DNA of 64,000 bases from an uncultured Candidatus Saccharibacteria bacterium (GCA_964546795.1 CAZJKG010000001.1:61690-125689); one strand, 5' to 3'; shown: positions 1 through 9,531, counted from the first letter of the stretch. Made by a program: numbers and translations. The notes: a model not told the origin generated them from the sequence alone.

Positions 1-276
1 CGGGTGTTAATCGACCGCCACACGCTTTTTTCAGGCGCGTAAATATAGTATCGGCTGCCGCAGTACCAAGTTGTTGCGCAGTAACAATTGACACTAATGA
101 CTCAAATAATTTTGACCGCGTACGTTTCTCGGAAAGATAAGCAGGGAGGAAAGCGTGATGGGCCTTGGTTGCTCTATGGAAATGCGGATCAACACGCTTA
201 AAATGCTTCAAAGCGTCAACTCTTCTTGTCATGCCGAGATAGTATCATTAGCCGACTCTCGTTGTATAATACATCT

Positions 277-459
277 ATGTATCCTGCATTTAAGGTCGCT
301 TTCTGGATATTCGTCCTTCTGCTTGCATTGTCGTTCTTTGGCATATCCATTCAGGCCATTATCAACTCCCCGGCTGGTCAGGCAAACTTCGGCTATCTTA
401 TACAGGTCCTCTCTCAGGGTTGGCAATGGCTCACAGAATGGATTCGTCCACTGCAGTAA
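277..459 (+). CDS. hypothetical small membrane protein (60 aa)
   Basis: ATG lies 6 nt after a TATAAT box. One hydrophobic helix (AFWIFVLLLALSFFGISI). No recognisable family. Confidence 0.2.
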   Translation: MYPAFKVAFWIFVLLLALSFFGISIQAIINSPAGQANFGYLIQVLSQGWQWLTEWIRPLQ

Positions 460-578
460 ATCCTTTGACTATCTACGCAAAAGAAATTAGCGCGAATACT
501 TATTCGACTAGAGAAAATCATTCTATGGTTGATTACACGTATAATGATTAAGTGCGTCTATAAGTTATCCAGCGGTTA

Positions 579-615
579 ATGAAATACCTCACTGCTTTCC
601 AGTGAGGTATTTCAT
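579..615. other. perfect 16-bp stem / 5-nt loop hairpin inside a ~600-nt non-coding stretch
   Basis: ATGAAATACCTCACTG-CTTTC-CAGTGAGGTATTTCAT read directly. No T-run follows. Confidence 0.5.
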
Positions 616-1076
616 GTTATAGGATTACTCTCCAACTATAGACATCTCAAAATAAGCAATTCTGAATCTCGGTTTCCCCACAAAAGAGGGTACGCCAAGA
701 GGTCATCTACCTACGTCTGTCTGTAACCCAGTAACTGCGTTTAAACGCGACTCCCGACGCGAGCCAGTAGAAAGCAATTATGGCACGTACCTGCTTTGGA
801 TACGCACCACGCCTATTTTTCTAAAGCGTGGAGAAGGCGCCGCTAAGTTTTTCTATAAGTAGTGTAAGTACCATGAGAAAGGTAGTTAGCGCCCGAGAGT
901 AATTTGTGTCCAGCGGTTTATTTCTGAACACAGGGTTTTATTATAACGCATAGCCCTCCAGTATCGTCAAGTGTTTTCCTGTGGAGAGCGTGGTATTTTC
1001 TGCCCACAACAACGCCTTGTGCGTAAAACGTAGGGGTTATTCACACGCCCGACATACTGGGGTATAATAAAAGTCC

Positions 1077-1367
1077 ATGAAAATACCAGCAAACATAAAC
1101 TTTAATCTACCGGTTTCCCTGATAAAAGAAGGTAAACAGGTTATTGCATATACCCCAGCACTTGATATTTCTACCGTTGGCAAAGATGAGGCACAGGTAA
1201 AGGAACGATTTTCTGAATTAGTAAATATGTTTTTTGCGGACCTTGTTGAAACTGGTTCTATTGATCAAGTACTGCCTGAATTGGGCTGGGTAAAAGTTGC
1301 TGAATCTTGGAACCCGCCAGTTGTGTCTAACGAATCAATTAACGTTTCAGTTCCGGCCTTCATCTAA
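1077..1367 (+). CDS. hicB: HicB-like antitoxin (UPF0150 fold)
   Basis: 96-aa protein with an HicB-type N-terminal segment. It sits directly upstream of an HicA-like toxin, and its stop overlaps that start (ATGA). A TATAAT box lies just upstream. Locally AT-rich. Confidence 0.55.
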   Translation: MKIPANINFNLPVSLIKEGKQVIAYTPALDISTVGKDEAQVKERFSELVNMFFADLVETGSIDQVLPELGWVKVAESWNPPVVSNESINVSVPAFI

Positions 1368-1597
1368 TGAAACCGTTGGGCAGGATTGATTCAAGGAGAT
1401 TTGAAAGGTATTTAATCGCGATTGGTTGCCGCTTCATCAGTCAAGAATCAAGTCACAGAAAGTTCAGAAAAGAAGCGGTTCTTCGCCCAATCATCGTGCC
1501 TTTTACCAATGACTTACCAGATTTTATTATTTTGAATAACTTACGCATCCTAGGAGTAAAGAGGGAGGACTTTATCCGAATCATCAAAAAGCTCTAA
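1367..1597 (+). CDS. hicA: HicA-like mRNA interferase toxin
   Basis: 76 aa. Pattern SHRKF.K....RPIIVPFT...DLPDFIILNNLRILGVKREDFIRIIKK resembles HicA/YcfA (conserved SH, basic patch, C-terminal hydrophobic helix). Paired with hicB. Confidence 0.55.
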   Translation: MKPLGRIDSRRFERYLIAIGCRFISQESSHRKFRKEAVLRPIIVPFTNDLPDFIILNNLRILGVKREDFIRIIKKL

Positions 1598-2120
1598 TCC
1601 TAATCCCGCCTATCCGAGATAGGGGAGGGGTTAGGAGTGAGAGACAGCATTTTGGAACATTCACATCAGGATTCCCCCTACAACCACCACAATCACTCCC
1701 GTCCATATCTTCTTGGCATAGTCCGCGCTAAAGATTAGATAGGAGATGTCATATGCTTCTCTCCCTCTGGAGCTCAGTCTCAAATGAGGAACCTTTTTCC
1801 CTTCTTTCTTTTAGAGGTTCCGAAATGAAGTAATTGACACCAGTATAGTGCGCAAAAGATATATTGTGCGCACACTTGATGGAGAACCCTGCATGGCAAC
1901 ACACCTCTATTCCTCTATTCCCTCCTTTTACTTACGCCAAAAGATATTATTTCTTGAGTGCGATAATAATGACATGAAGCAAACTGATGATAGTACTCAT
2001 GAATCCCGTCCAGAATGCATAGATCTGAAGTCGTCTTGAAGAATATTTTATACGTCTCATAGGGAATAGGATAGCATCAGAGCCCCCTCTTCCCTTCTTA
2101 CGAAAGGCGAAAATGATTTT

Positions 2121-2894
2121 CTAACAAGATACATTTGCAACGATGTAATCATATGCTTCATCAACCGAATCTACAACAGTATAGAGCGTCATGTCTTCTT
2201 TATTTATTGTTGCGCGTTCCTGGTAAAGCGTTTTATCAATAAAAGCAAGTAACGGTCCCCAATAGTTTTTTCCAAAGAGGATAATGGGCACCTTGCGGAT
2301 CTTCTTGGTCTGCACAAGAGTGACGATCTCAAAGAATTCATCCAGGGTGCCGAAGCCGCCCGGGAAATAGACGTAGACCTCGGAAGCGTACGTCAGCATG
2401 ACTTTGCGCACAAAGAAATGGTCGAAACCAAATCTTTCGGTGAGATACGGATTGTATTTTTGAACGTCTGGCAGATTGATATTGAGCCCAACCGACGCAC
2501 CGCCCGCTTCGTAGGCACCTTTATTTGCGGCCTGCATGATGCCGGAGCTGCCGCCGGTGATAACAGCGAAACCTCTCTTCGCAAGCCGGCTCGCCAACTC
2601 TTCCGCTTTCTTATAGACATCCTGCTCAAGCGAGGCGCGAGCACTGCCGAAAAAGGATACCGCCAAGCTGTAGCGGCGAATGATATCAAACCCTTCGATG
2701 AACTCGGACATGATTTTGAAGACCCGCCAGGACTCGATTTTTGTCGGTTTGCAGACCAGCGGCGGTCGCTCGGAGGGAATAGTGCGTTGTCCTTCGTGGA
2801 CCGCTTTTGCAAGTCGCTCCGCTGTCTCATGCATGGAAGGTTCGTTCGGTACCGGGAGTATCGCTGATGTAGTTCGCATCACATCCTCATTCAT
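2121..2894 (-). CDS. LOG family protein (TIGR00730; cytokinin riboside 5'-monophosphate phosphoribohydrolase-like)
   Basis: Motifs GGSSGIMQAANKGA, PGGFGTLDEF and a Rossmann-like lysine-decarboxylase fold signature. The N-terminal 60 aa are uncertain, so the start may be later. Confidence 0.7.
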   Translation of the reverse strand: MNEDVMRTTSAILPVPNEPSMHETAERLAKAVHEGQRTIPSERPPLVCKPTKIESWRVFKIMSEFIEGFDIIRRYSLAVSFFGSARASLEQDVYKKAEELASRLAKRGFAVITGGSSGIMQAANKGAYEAGGASVGLNINLPDVQKYNPYLTERFGFDHFFVRKVMLTYASEVYVYFPGGFGTLDEFFEIVTLVQTKKIRKVPIILFGKNYWGPLLAFIDKTLYQERATINKEDMTLYTVVDSVDEAYDYIVANVSC

Positions 2895-2912
2895 ACGGCG
2901 TATGATAGCAGA

Positions 2913-3260
2913 TTAGAGTCCTGTACAATTTGCTGCCGGCGCATAACCCGCTTTAAGAGCGGCTGCGGCCGAAACAAACCATACTTTATTTGTCTCGGAA
3001 ATGCGCTCTGCCCCCGCGCACTGCGGCGGATAATATCTCGTTCCTGTTTTGGAGGCGACCACCTCCCCTGCCGCCGCTGTCGGTGTAAGAGAAGGGGCTT
3101 CAAGCGAAATAGTTGTAGTGTTCCCCGCATCCAATCCTGCAAGATAGCCAAGCCCAAAGCTTAGAGACGAGGCGAGTATAAGAATGGCGACGATGAGCAC
3201 GTCCCGCGGTACCTGAGCAAGGAAACTTTTGCATTTTTCGCGCGCTTCTGGTATAGTCAT
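2913..3260 (-). CDS. membrane-anchored protein with Ada_Zn_binding-like C-terminal domain
   Basis: N-terminal TM helix ([23 protein letters not shown]). C-terminus YYPPQC....[25 protein letters not shown] matches the Y.P.C......N.V.F.S...A..AGY.P...C pattern of the Ada metal-binding domain. Confidence 0.45.
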   Translation of the reverse strand: MTIPEAREKCKSFLAQVPRDVLIVAILILASSLSFGLGYLAGLDAGNTTTISLEAPSLTPTAAAGEVVASKTGTRYYPPQCAGAERISETNKVWFVSAAAALKAGYAPAANCTGL

Positions 3261-3279
3261 CGGACATAACTATAGCATC

Positions 3280-3552
3280 ATGGCATCAACGAAAGCTGGC
3301 GGTTCGGCAAAAAATCTTAATACTTCAAACCCGAAATATCTCGGGGTTAAGTTGGCTGACGGCGCCGCCGCCCGGCCCGGCATGGTCATTGTCCGCCAGC
3401 GCGGCACAAAAATAGAAGCGGGTAAGAACGTAGCAGTCGGGCGCGACCACACTCTGTTCGCTCTTGCCACCGGCACGGTGTCCTTCCGTACGAAACGCAA
3501 AACAAGCTTTTCAGGCCGTATTTTTAATAAAAAAGTCGCTGACGTTGTCTAA
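3280..3552 (+). CDS. rpmA: 50S ribosomal protein L27
   Basis: [12 protein letters not shown]...NPKYLGVK...[21 protein letters not shown] is a classic L27 sequence. Start taken at the internal ATG (codon 18 of the track ORF). Confidence 0.9.
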   Translation: MASTKAGGSAKNLNTSNPKYLGVKLADGAAARPGMVIVRQRGTKIEAGKNVAVGRDHTLFALATGTVSFRTKRKTSFSGRIFNKKVADVV

Positions 3553-3579
3553 AGAAAAAACCAGCGGATAAGAAAAAGA

Positions 3580-3671
3580 GTGCGCACCACAAGAGTACTT
3601 CCATTTTCCTAAGCCCGAGTACGGGCAAGGAAAATTGGTCGCTCCGGGCCGCTAGGCCAAGTCCTACTACC
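3580..3671 (+). repeat. intergenic repeat family A, copy 1 (~90 nt, hairpin-containing); lies between convergent rpmA and rplI
   Basis: GTGCGCACCACAAGAGTACTTCCATTTTCCTAAGCCCGAGTACGGGCAAGGAAAATTGGTCGCTCCGGGCCGCTAGGCCAAGTCCTACTACC. A reverse-complement copy is at 37585-37674 and a core copy at 39595-39626. Confidence 0.7.
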
Positions 3672-3695
3672 TGTTTCTGGTTTTTTTGGCTCTCA

Positions 3696-4142
3696 CTATT
3701 CTGCTTCAACCGTAGTAATAGAAAACTTTCCGAACGTATCGCCAGCGGCGACCGGGATATCGAACGTACCAAGTTCTTTGATGGGTTTTTCAAGCTTGAT
3801 CGCATCTTCGGACAGGTCTATATGCGCTTGTTCTTTTGCCGCCGCCCGTATCTCTGTCTCCCCTACCGCGTCGTACAAATGACCCTTTTCGTTTGCCTTT
3901 GCCCTGATAACGATGTGTGCGGATGCGAGAGAGGCAATATTCTGCGCGAGCAAAGCAGCGTTGAGGGTTGCGCGGTCCTGTATGCGCTTACGACGCAATT
4001 CGGCCTCCTGCATCGCCGTCGGAGTCGCGGGAATGGCGAATTTCTTCGGAATGAGGTGATTGAGGGCGTAGCCGTCGGCCAACGTAAGCGTGTCATGTGC
4101 GCGTCCAACCCCTTTTATGTCCTTGAGTAATACGATTTTCAT
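3696..4142 (-). CDS. rplI: 50S ribosomal protein L9
   Basis: MKIVLLKDIKGVG......GYA.N.LIP...A.PAT is the L9 N-domain; length 148 aa. Confidence 0.85.
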   Translation of the reverse strand: MKIVLLKDIKGVGRAHDTLTLADGYALNHLIPKKFAIPATPTAMQEAELRRKRIQDRATLNAALLAQNIASLASAHIVIRAKANEKGHLYDAVGETEIRAAAKEQAHIDLSEDAIKLEKPIKELGTFDIPVAAGDTFGKFSITTVEAE

Positions 4143-4158
4143 GTGAACGCATCCTACT

Positions 4159-5448
4159 CTATTGCGTATCCGCAGTCAAAAACGTGGTTGCCCTCAACAT
4201 TTGCGGATCGCGTTTGGCGGCCGTATCCGCCGCGGTGAACGGCACGATAATATCCGGCGTGATGCCGTTACCCATGATCCAGTTCCCCGCTGGCGTTATC
4301 CAACGCGCAACGGTGACTTTGAGCGATCCTTCGTCGAGATCCATCAATGTCTGCACGGAACCCTTGCCAAATGATTTCGTACCGATCAGCGTCGCGACGC
4401 GAGCGTCCTGCAAGGCACCCGCAAAGATTTCGGAAGCGGAAGCGGAACCTCCGTCAATGAGCACGACGATCTTCGTCCCTGCAGGCACATCCCCGTAACC
4501 AAAACTGGTATGCACGTTGCTTGGCTCTTTTCCGCCGAAATCCTCGGTCACAATGTCTGCGCCCCTCGGAAGAAAATGACTCGCGATGGCAACCGCTGCG
4601 TCAAGATAGCCGCCCGGGTTCCCGCGCAGGTCTACGATGAGCTTTTTTGAGCCGGAAGTTCTGAATCGCGCAAGGGCTTGATCAAACAGATTTGCGGAAT
4701 CGGACGTGAATTCATACAGTGCGATATGATAGACGCCACTTTTCATGTCGAGACCGTCTTCGGTCTGCGGTATCCGAATAGTGTCGCGAACAACTTTGAT
4801 ATCCAGAGAAACAGCATCTCTGATAATGGTGAGATCAACGGTCGTGCCAATGGGGCCGCGTATCTTATTGACCGCCTTATCAATGGAGATGCCATCGGTC
4901 GATGTCCCGTCAATGGCGATTATCTGATCGCCCGGCTTGATGCCAGCTTTTTCAGCAGGCGTACCTTTAAGAGGCGAGACGACGGTCAGGACGTTGTTTT
5001 TTACGCCGATTTCCATGCCGACGCCCGCGAAACTTCCCGATATATTTTCAGCAAATGCCTTCGCCTCCGTAGGCGGAAAGAAAACAGTATACGGGTCATC
5101 ATACGAAGCGGCGAGGCCTTCTATCGCGCCGAAAATCTGTTCTTTCTTCGAAGGAAGTGTTGAGGAGGCGTGCGTGACAATGTAGTTCGCTTCAAGCGCA
5201 TTCCATGCTTTCCAAAAGTTGGTGAGATCGGCGTTCGGATCCGGCGTCGCATCGAGACCGTCACCGACGAACGGAATGCGCGTCGTAATTGCCGTAGCGG
5301 AATTGCCGCCGCCCACGGAAAATCCGGCGACAAAGGCAAATGCCGCCACGAGCGCGAACGAGACGCCGCGAGCCGCGATAGTACGCCCGGATGTACGCAC
5401 GTTCCCCAATTCCATTCCGCACAGTGTAACACGAAAGGAGCGCATCAT
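4159..5448 (-). CDS. ctpA: carboxyl-terminal processing protease (S41 family, PDZ-containing)
   Basis: N-terminal signal/anchor, a PDZ segment, and S41 motifs GG.SASASEIFAGALQD and GTKSFGKGSVQ. Confidence 0.8.
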   Translation of the reverse strand: MMRSFRVTLCGMELGNVRTSGRTIAARGVSFALVAAFAFVAGFSVGGGNSATAITTRIPFVGDGLDATPDPNADLTNFWKAWNALEANYIVTHASSTLPSKKEQIFGAIEGLAASYDDPYTVFFPPTEAKAFAENISGSFAGVGMEIGVKNNVLTVVSPLKGTPAEKAGIKPGDQIIAIDGTSTDGISIDKAVNKIRGPIGTTVDLTIIRDAVSLDIKVVRDTIRIPQTEDGLDMKSGVYHIALYEFTSDSANLFDQALARFRTSGSKKLIVDLRGNPGGYLDAAVAIASHFLPRGADIVTEDFGGKEPSNVHTSFGYGDVPAGTKIVVLIDGGSASASEIFAGALQDARVATLIGTKSFGKGSVQTLMDLDEGSLKVTVARWITPAGNWIMGNGITPDIIVPFTAADTAAKRDPQMLRATTFLTADTQ

Positions 5449-5462
5449 GATATTCTAGACAC

Positions 5463-6383
5463 ATGATATTCCGGCATGACTATCTGGACGGCGTGTGGGT
5501 TGATCTGGAACAGCCAAGCGAGGACGAAATACGGGACGTTGCGCATGAATTCTCCATCGGCGGACGTCTTGAGGCGGAATTGCTCTCCCCTACTCCCGCA
5601 TCGCTCGTGACGAGCGATGCTAACGCGGCACTCCTGGTGCTTCATTTCCCGACATCCGGCACGGGCAGCGGCGAAACAAAGAGTCAGGAGATCGATTTCA
5701 TCGTCGGAAAAAACTTTATTCTGACGGTGCGGTACGAAGTTATAGCGCCCTTGTACCATTTGAAGAAATTGCTTGAAACACAACAGCTTGTCACGGGGAA
5801 AACGCCCATTACGACCGATGTCCTTTTGGAAATTCTCTTTGCGCATCTCTATACCTCGATGCGCGACCACACGAACCATATTGCCGACAATCTCGTGCGC
5901 GTCGAGAAAGAGATGTTTGACGGCCATGAACGGACGACGGTACGCTCCATCTCGAATATCAGCCGAGAATTCCTCCACGTGGAAGCCGCGCTCGCAACCC
6001 AGGAAGAATCCCTATCCCATTTCCTGGACGTTCTCAAGGAATATGCATTCTTTGACGATTCTTTCGCGCTGCGCGCCCAGCGTATCAAAACAGAACGCGC
6101 GAATGTCGCACGAATAGTAAAAACACATCGTGCCGTCGCGGGCGAGTTACGCGAGACGAATGTCGCGCTCCTTGAGGCGCGCCAGAATGAGATTATGAAG
6201 ACCCTTACGATCATCACTGTTATCATGCTTCCGCTTGAGGTCATAGCCGTTACCTTTGGCATACACGCGCAAGGCGCTCCATTTGAAAACGATTTGAATG
6301 CATTTTGGATTATCATCATGATTATGATCGGCATTGCTGGCAGCATGATACTTTTTTTCATGAAAAAACGCTGGATCTTCTGA
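5463..6383 (+). CDS. CorA-family divalent cation transporter homologue with non-canonical GMN motif (GIH)
   Basis: The C-terminal two TM helices align to CorA (KTLTIITVIMLPL..IA..FG...). At the YGMNF position the sequence reads FGIHA. Confidence 0.6.
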   Translation: MIFRHDYLDGVWVDLEQPSEDEIRDVAHEFSIGGRLEAELLSPTPASLVTSDANAALLVLHFPTSGTGSGETKSQEIDFIVGKNFILTVRYEVIAPLYHLKKLLETQQLVTGKTPITTDVLLEILFAHLYTSMRDHTNHIADNLVRVEKEMFDGHERTTVRSISNISREFLHVEAALATQEESLSHFLDVLKEYAFFDDSFALRAQRIKTERANVARIVKTHRAVAGELRETNVALLEARQNEIMKTLTIITVIMLPLEVIAVTFGIHAQGAPFENDLNAFWIIIMIMIGIAGSMILFFMKKRWIF

Positions 6384-6386
6384 CGC

Positions 6387-7856
6387 ATGAAGTGGCTCAC
6401 CCGCATATTCAGGAAACGAAAGGATGCCGCCGCGCAGGACCGGCCTGCGCAAATATTCCTCACCAATACGCTCTCGGGCGCGAAAGAACTCTTCATATCG
6501 CAGAGACCGAGGATCGCATCGATGTATACGTGCGGGCCAACGGTCTACAGTCAGCAGCATATCGGCAATCTGCGGCCCGGAGTTTTCTCGGATACGCTCG
6601 CGCGAGCGCTCGCACATGCCGGCTATCGCGTGCGACGCGTCATCAACATCACGGACGTCGGCCATCTGGTCGGCGATGGGGACCTTGGCGAGGACAAGAT
6701 AGAGATGGGAGCAAAGCGCGAGGGCCTCTCCGCCTCCGCCATTGCCGAGCGATACACGACATTATTCCTTACCGACCTTGCGGAGCTCAATATTGATACA
6801 AAAGACATCTTCTTTCCCAAGGCAAGCGACTATATTAAAGAACAAATTTCGCTCGCGCGCACGCTTGAAGAAAAAGGGTTCGCCTATCGTATTGACGACG
6901 GTCTTTATTTCGACACAAGCCGTTTCCACGGCTACGGCAAGTTGGGCGGGCTCTCCGGTGCACAACTCAAAGCCGGAGCGCGCATTGAAACGAATCCCCA
7001 GAAACGCCATCAGGCCGACTTCGCACTGTGGAAAAAAACACCTCCTGATGTGAGTCGAATGCAGGAATGGGATTCGCCGTGGGGGCCCGGATTTCCCGGC
7101 TGGAATTTGGAGTGTTCTGCGATGGCGCGCGCATTGCTCGGCATTGAGATAGACATTCATACCGGAGGCGAGGATCTCGCGCAGATACACCATAACAACG
7201 AGATCGCTCAGTCGGAAGCTGCATCGGGTCGGCCGTTTTCCCGCTACTGGATGCACAATGCATTTCTTACTATGGAGGGTGAAAAAATATCGAAATCGAT
7301 AGGCAATGTCGTCTACCTCTCCACTATCATTGAGAAGGGATTCCATCCTCTTTCGCTCCGCTATTTTTTTCTCCAAGCGCACTATCGCACTCCCCTCTCC
7401 TTCTCGTGGAACGCCATTGCGGGCGCCGCAAGCGCGCTTGAACGGCTCTGGAAGCTCTCGCGCGAACTCGCGGAGGAATCCAAGCGAATGGAAGAATCTT
7501 CTGAAGCGCGCAGTCGCTTCCTTGCAGCGATGCGCGACGACCTCGCAACTCCGCAAGCACTCGGCATCCTCTGGGACTCCTTGAAGAGCGAGGATTACAC
7601 TCCCGAAGAAAAATGGTGTCTTCTTGAAGATGCTGAAGCGCATTTCGGTCTGTCGCTCCTGCATCCGCCCGCCGCAGGCGCCCTGGCAACATCGGACATT
7701 CCGGAAAAGATCCGCGAAATGCTTGCGCGGCGGGAAGCAGCGCGCGCGGCACTGGATTTTAAGGAGGCGGACCGCATCCGAACCGATATTGAGAACAGTG
7801 GATATCATGTGGATGACGGACCGGAAGGGCCGGTGTTGATTCGGACGACTCTTTGA
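6387..7856 (+). CDS. cysS: cysteinyl-tRNA synthetase
   Basis: MYTCGPTVYSQQHIGNLR (HIGH-like), KISKS (KMSKS), zinc-binding Cys, and a C-terminal anticodon-binding domain. The first ~25 aa are uncertain. Confidence 0.85.
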   Translation: MKWLTRIFRKRKDAAAQDRPAQIFLTNTLSGAKELFISQRPRIASMYTCGPTVYSQQHIGNLRPGVFSDTLARALAHAGYRVRRVINITDVGHLVGDGDLGEDKIEMGAKREGLSASAIAERYTTLFLTDLAELNIDTKDIFFPKASDYIKEQISLARTLEEKGFAYRIDDGLYFDTSRFHGYGKLGGLSGAQLKAGARIETNPQKRHQADFALWKKTPPDVSRMQEWDSPWGPGFPGWNLECSAMARALLGIEIDIHTGGEDLAQIHHNNEIAQSEAASGRPFSRYWMHNAFLTMEGEKISKSIGNVVYLSTIIEKGFHPLSLRYFFLQAHYRTPLSFSWNAIAGAASALERLWKLSRELAEESKRMEESSEARSRFLAAMRDDLATPQALGILWDSLKSEDYTPEEKWCLLEDAEAHFGLSLLHPPAAGALATSDIPEKIREMLARREAARAALDFKEADRIRTDIENSGYHVDDGPEGPVLIRTTL

Positions 7857-8004
7857 TACCCGACACACGGAAACGGACATAATTTTGCAAAAATAAGCCC
7901 TTTTTGGCACACGCGCCTCTTTAACTTTATACGAAATAAGACCATTGAAACGCGCTGTCTTCTGCGCGATGCCGTTTCGTGTGACGGGTGATATAATCGG
8001 CGGG

Positions 8005-9360
8005 ATGGCTGCCGACCGCGTCCCACCCCAATCCCTTGATTCAGAGCGCGCCCTCCTTGGCGCTCTTCTGCTGAAACCCGACGCCATCCATGATGTTTCC
8101 GATATTATACGGGCTGATTCTTTCTACGCGGAAAAGCACCGGCTGATATTCGGCGCGATGCATGAACTCGCCGAACGCGGCGAGCCGATAGATCTTCTTT
8201 CATTGTCCGAACGTATGCAGAATCAGGGATTGCTTGAACGGTCCGGCGGGCGCAGCTATTTGGCTGAGCTTGCCGGTTCGGCACCGGCGCCCGGCAACTT
8301 CTCCCACTATGCCGAACTCGTCTCGCGCAAATTCCTGATGCGCTCCCTCATTGAAGCCGCATACACCATTACCGAGTCCGCGTATGACGATGCGCGCGAA
8401 ACGATGGAAGTACTCGATGAGGCCGAGAAGAGCGTCTATGCCATCGGCAATGCTTCTGCGGCACATAAATTTACCGCTATCGGCGACAAGATCCACGAAG
8501 CATGGGACCGTATTGAGGCGCTTTCCAAAAAAGAAAGTGGGATTCGCGGCGTCCCTTCCGGCTTCCCTGCCCTTGATAACCTCCTCTCTGGCTTTCATCC
8601 CTCCGATCTCGTCATCATCGCCGCGCGCCCGTCGATGGGCAAGACCTCGCTTGCGCTTGATATTGCTCGGAACGCCGCCGTGCGTCATAACGTTCCTGTT
8701 GGCATCTTCTCGCTTGAGATGAGCTCGGAACAGCTTATTGACCGCATGCTCGCCGCGGAGTCGTTCGTCAATTCATGGAAACTCCGCACCGGTCAAGTGA
8801 GGGAGGAGGACGATTTCAATCGCATACGGGACGCCCTGGAATCGCTTTCGAAAGCACCTATTTATATAGACGACAAACCGGGCAACAATATCCTCGCAAT
8901 GCGCGCTGTTGCCAGACGGTTGAAGCGCGAACGCGGCATCGGGCTTCTCATCGTGGACTATCTGCAGCTCATGGCACCGACCTCCACCAAATCATCCGAT
9001 TCCCTCGTCCAGCAGGTGACCGAGATATCACGTTCTTTGAAGTCACTTGCGCGCGAGCTTGCCGTGCCGGTCATCGCGCTCTCACAGCTCTCGCGCGCGG
9101 TTGAACAGCGAGGCGGCAAGCCCCGCTTGAGCGATCTGCGCGATTCTGGAAGCATTGAGCAGGATGCGGACGTCGTGATGTTTATTCATCGCGACGACAA
9201 GCGCAATCCCGAAAGTGACCGGCCGAACATCGCGGAAATACTTATTGAGAAACATCGCAACGGACCGACCGGCAAGACCGAACTGTATTTTGATGAAAAG
9301 CGCGCGACGTTCCAGCCGATGGACACGGCCGGCTACGGCGAACTCGCCGCGGAATTTTAA
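8005..9360 (+). CDS. dnaB: replicative DNA helicase DnaB
   Basis: N-terminal DnaB domain (SERALLGALLL.PDAI) and Walker A ARPSMGKTSLALDIA, with RecA-like motifs. Start taken at the internal ATG (codon 21). Confidence 0.85.
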   Translation: MAADRVPPQSLDSERALLGALLLKPDAIHDVSDIIRADSFYAEKHRLIFGAMHELAERGEPIDLLSLSERMQNQGLLERSGGRSYLAELAGSAPAPGNFSHYAELVSRKFLMRSLIEAAYTITESAYDDARETMEVLDEAEKSVYAIGNASAAHKFTAIGDKIHEAWDRIEALSKKESGIRGVPSGFPALDNLLSGFHPSDLVIIAARPSMGKTSLALDIARNAAVRHNVPVGIFSLEMSSEQLIDRMLAAESFVNSWKLRTGQVREEDDFNRIRDALESLSKAPIYIDDKPGNNILAMRAVARRLKRERGIGLLIVDYLQLMAPTSTKSSDSLVQQVTEISRSLKSLARELAVPVIALSQLSRAVEQRGGKPRLSDLRDSGSIEQDADVVMFIHRDDKRNPESDRPNIAEILIEKHRNGPTGKTELYFDEKRATFQPMDTAGYGELAAEF

Positions 9361-9376
9361 TCATGTTAGCAGCACA

Positions 9377-9524
9377 GCGAATACGCAATGTTGGAAACCC
9401 TCGGAGCCGACGCAGCATGGTAATTGCAGCGCCGAAGAGAGGTTGCGCTGCAATTTGCGTCGGAGAGAGTGAATGCGGCCTGTCGCAGGACAGGCCGACA
9501 TGTGTTCCAACATTGCGTATTCGC
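9377..9524. repeat. highly structured inverted-repeat element between dnaB and recR (20-bp perfect outer stem plus nested hairpins)
   Basis: GCGAATACGCAATGTTGGAA ... TTCCAACATTGCGTATTCGC enclose CCGACGCA/TGCGTCGG, ATTGCAGCGC/GCGCTGCAAT and CGGCCTG/CAGGCCG stems. Confidence 0.6.
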
Positions 9525-9531
9525 AAACGTC

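Noticed and set aside
460-1076. Possible RNase P RNA, tmRNA or SRP RNA in the long non-coding region
   Set aside because: I could not find the universally conserved segments (GGAAAGUCCGG of RNase P, the tmRNA T-arm/ANDENYALAA tag region, the SRP GGAA tetraloop helix). It is left as an unexplained ncRNA candidate only.
3524-3805. 93-aa ORF, and the 5' part of ORF 37628-38011, sharing the peptide LRKMEVLLWCA.FF
   Set aside because: Both are translations of repeat family A in opposite genomic orientations. Identity at the peptide level simply reflects the DNA repeat.
5849-6496. 215-aa minus-strand ORF antisense to the CorA-like gene
   Set aside because: It overlaps a gene that has clear family similarity, and has no motif.
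6762-8087. 441-aa minus-strand ORF
   Set aside because: It is antisense to the well-supported cysS 3' half and dnaB 5' end. It has no domain and is an Arg-rich high-GC antisense artefact.
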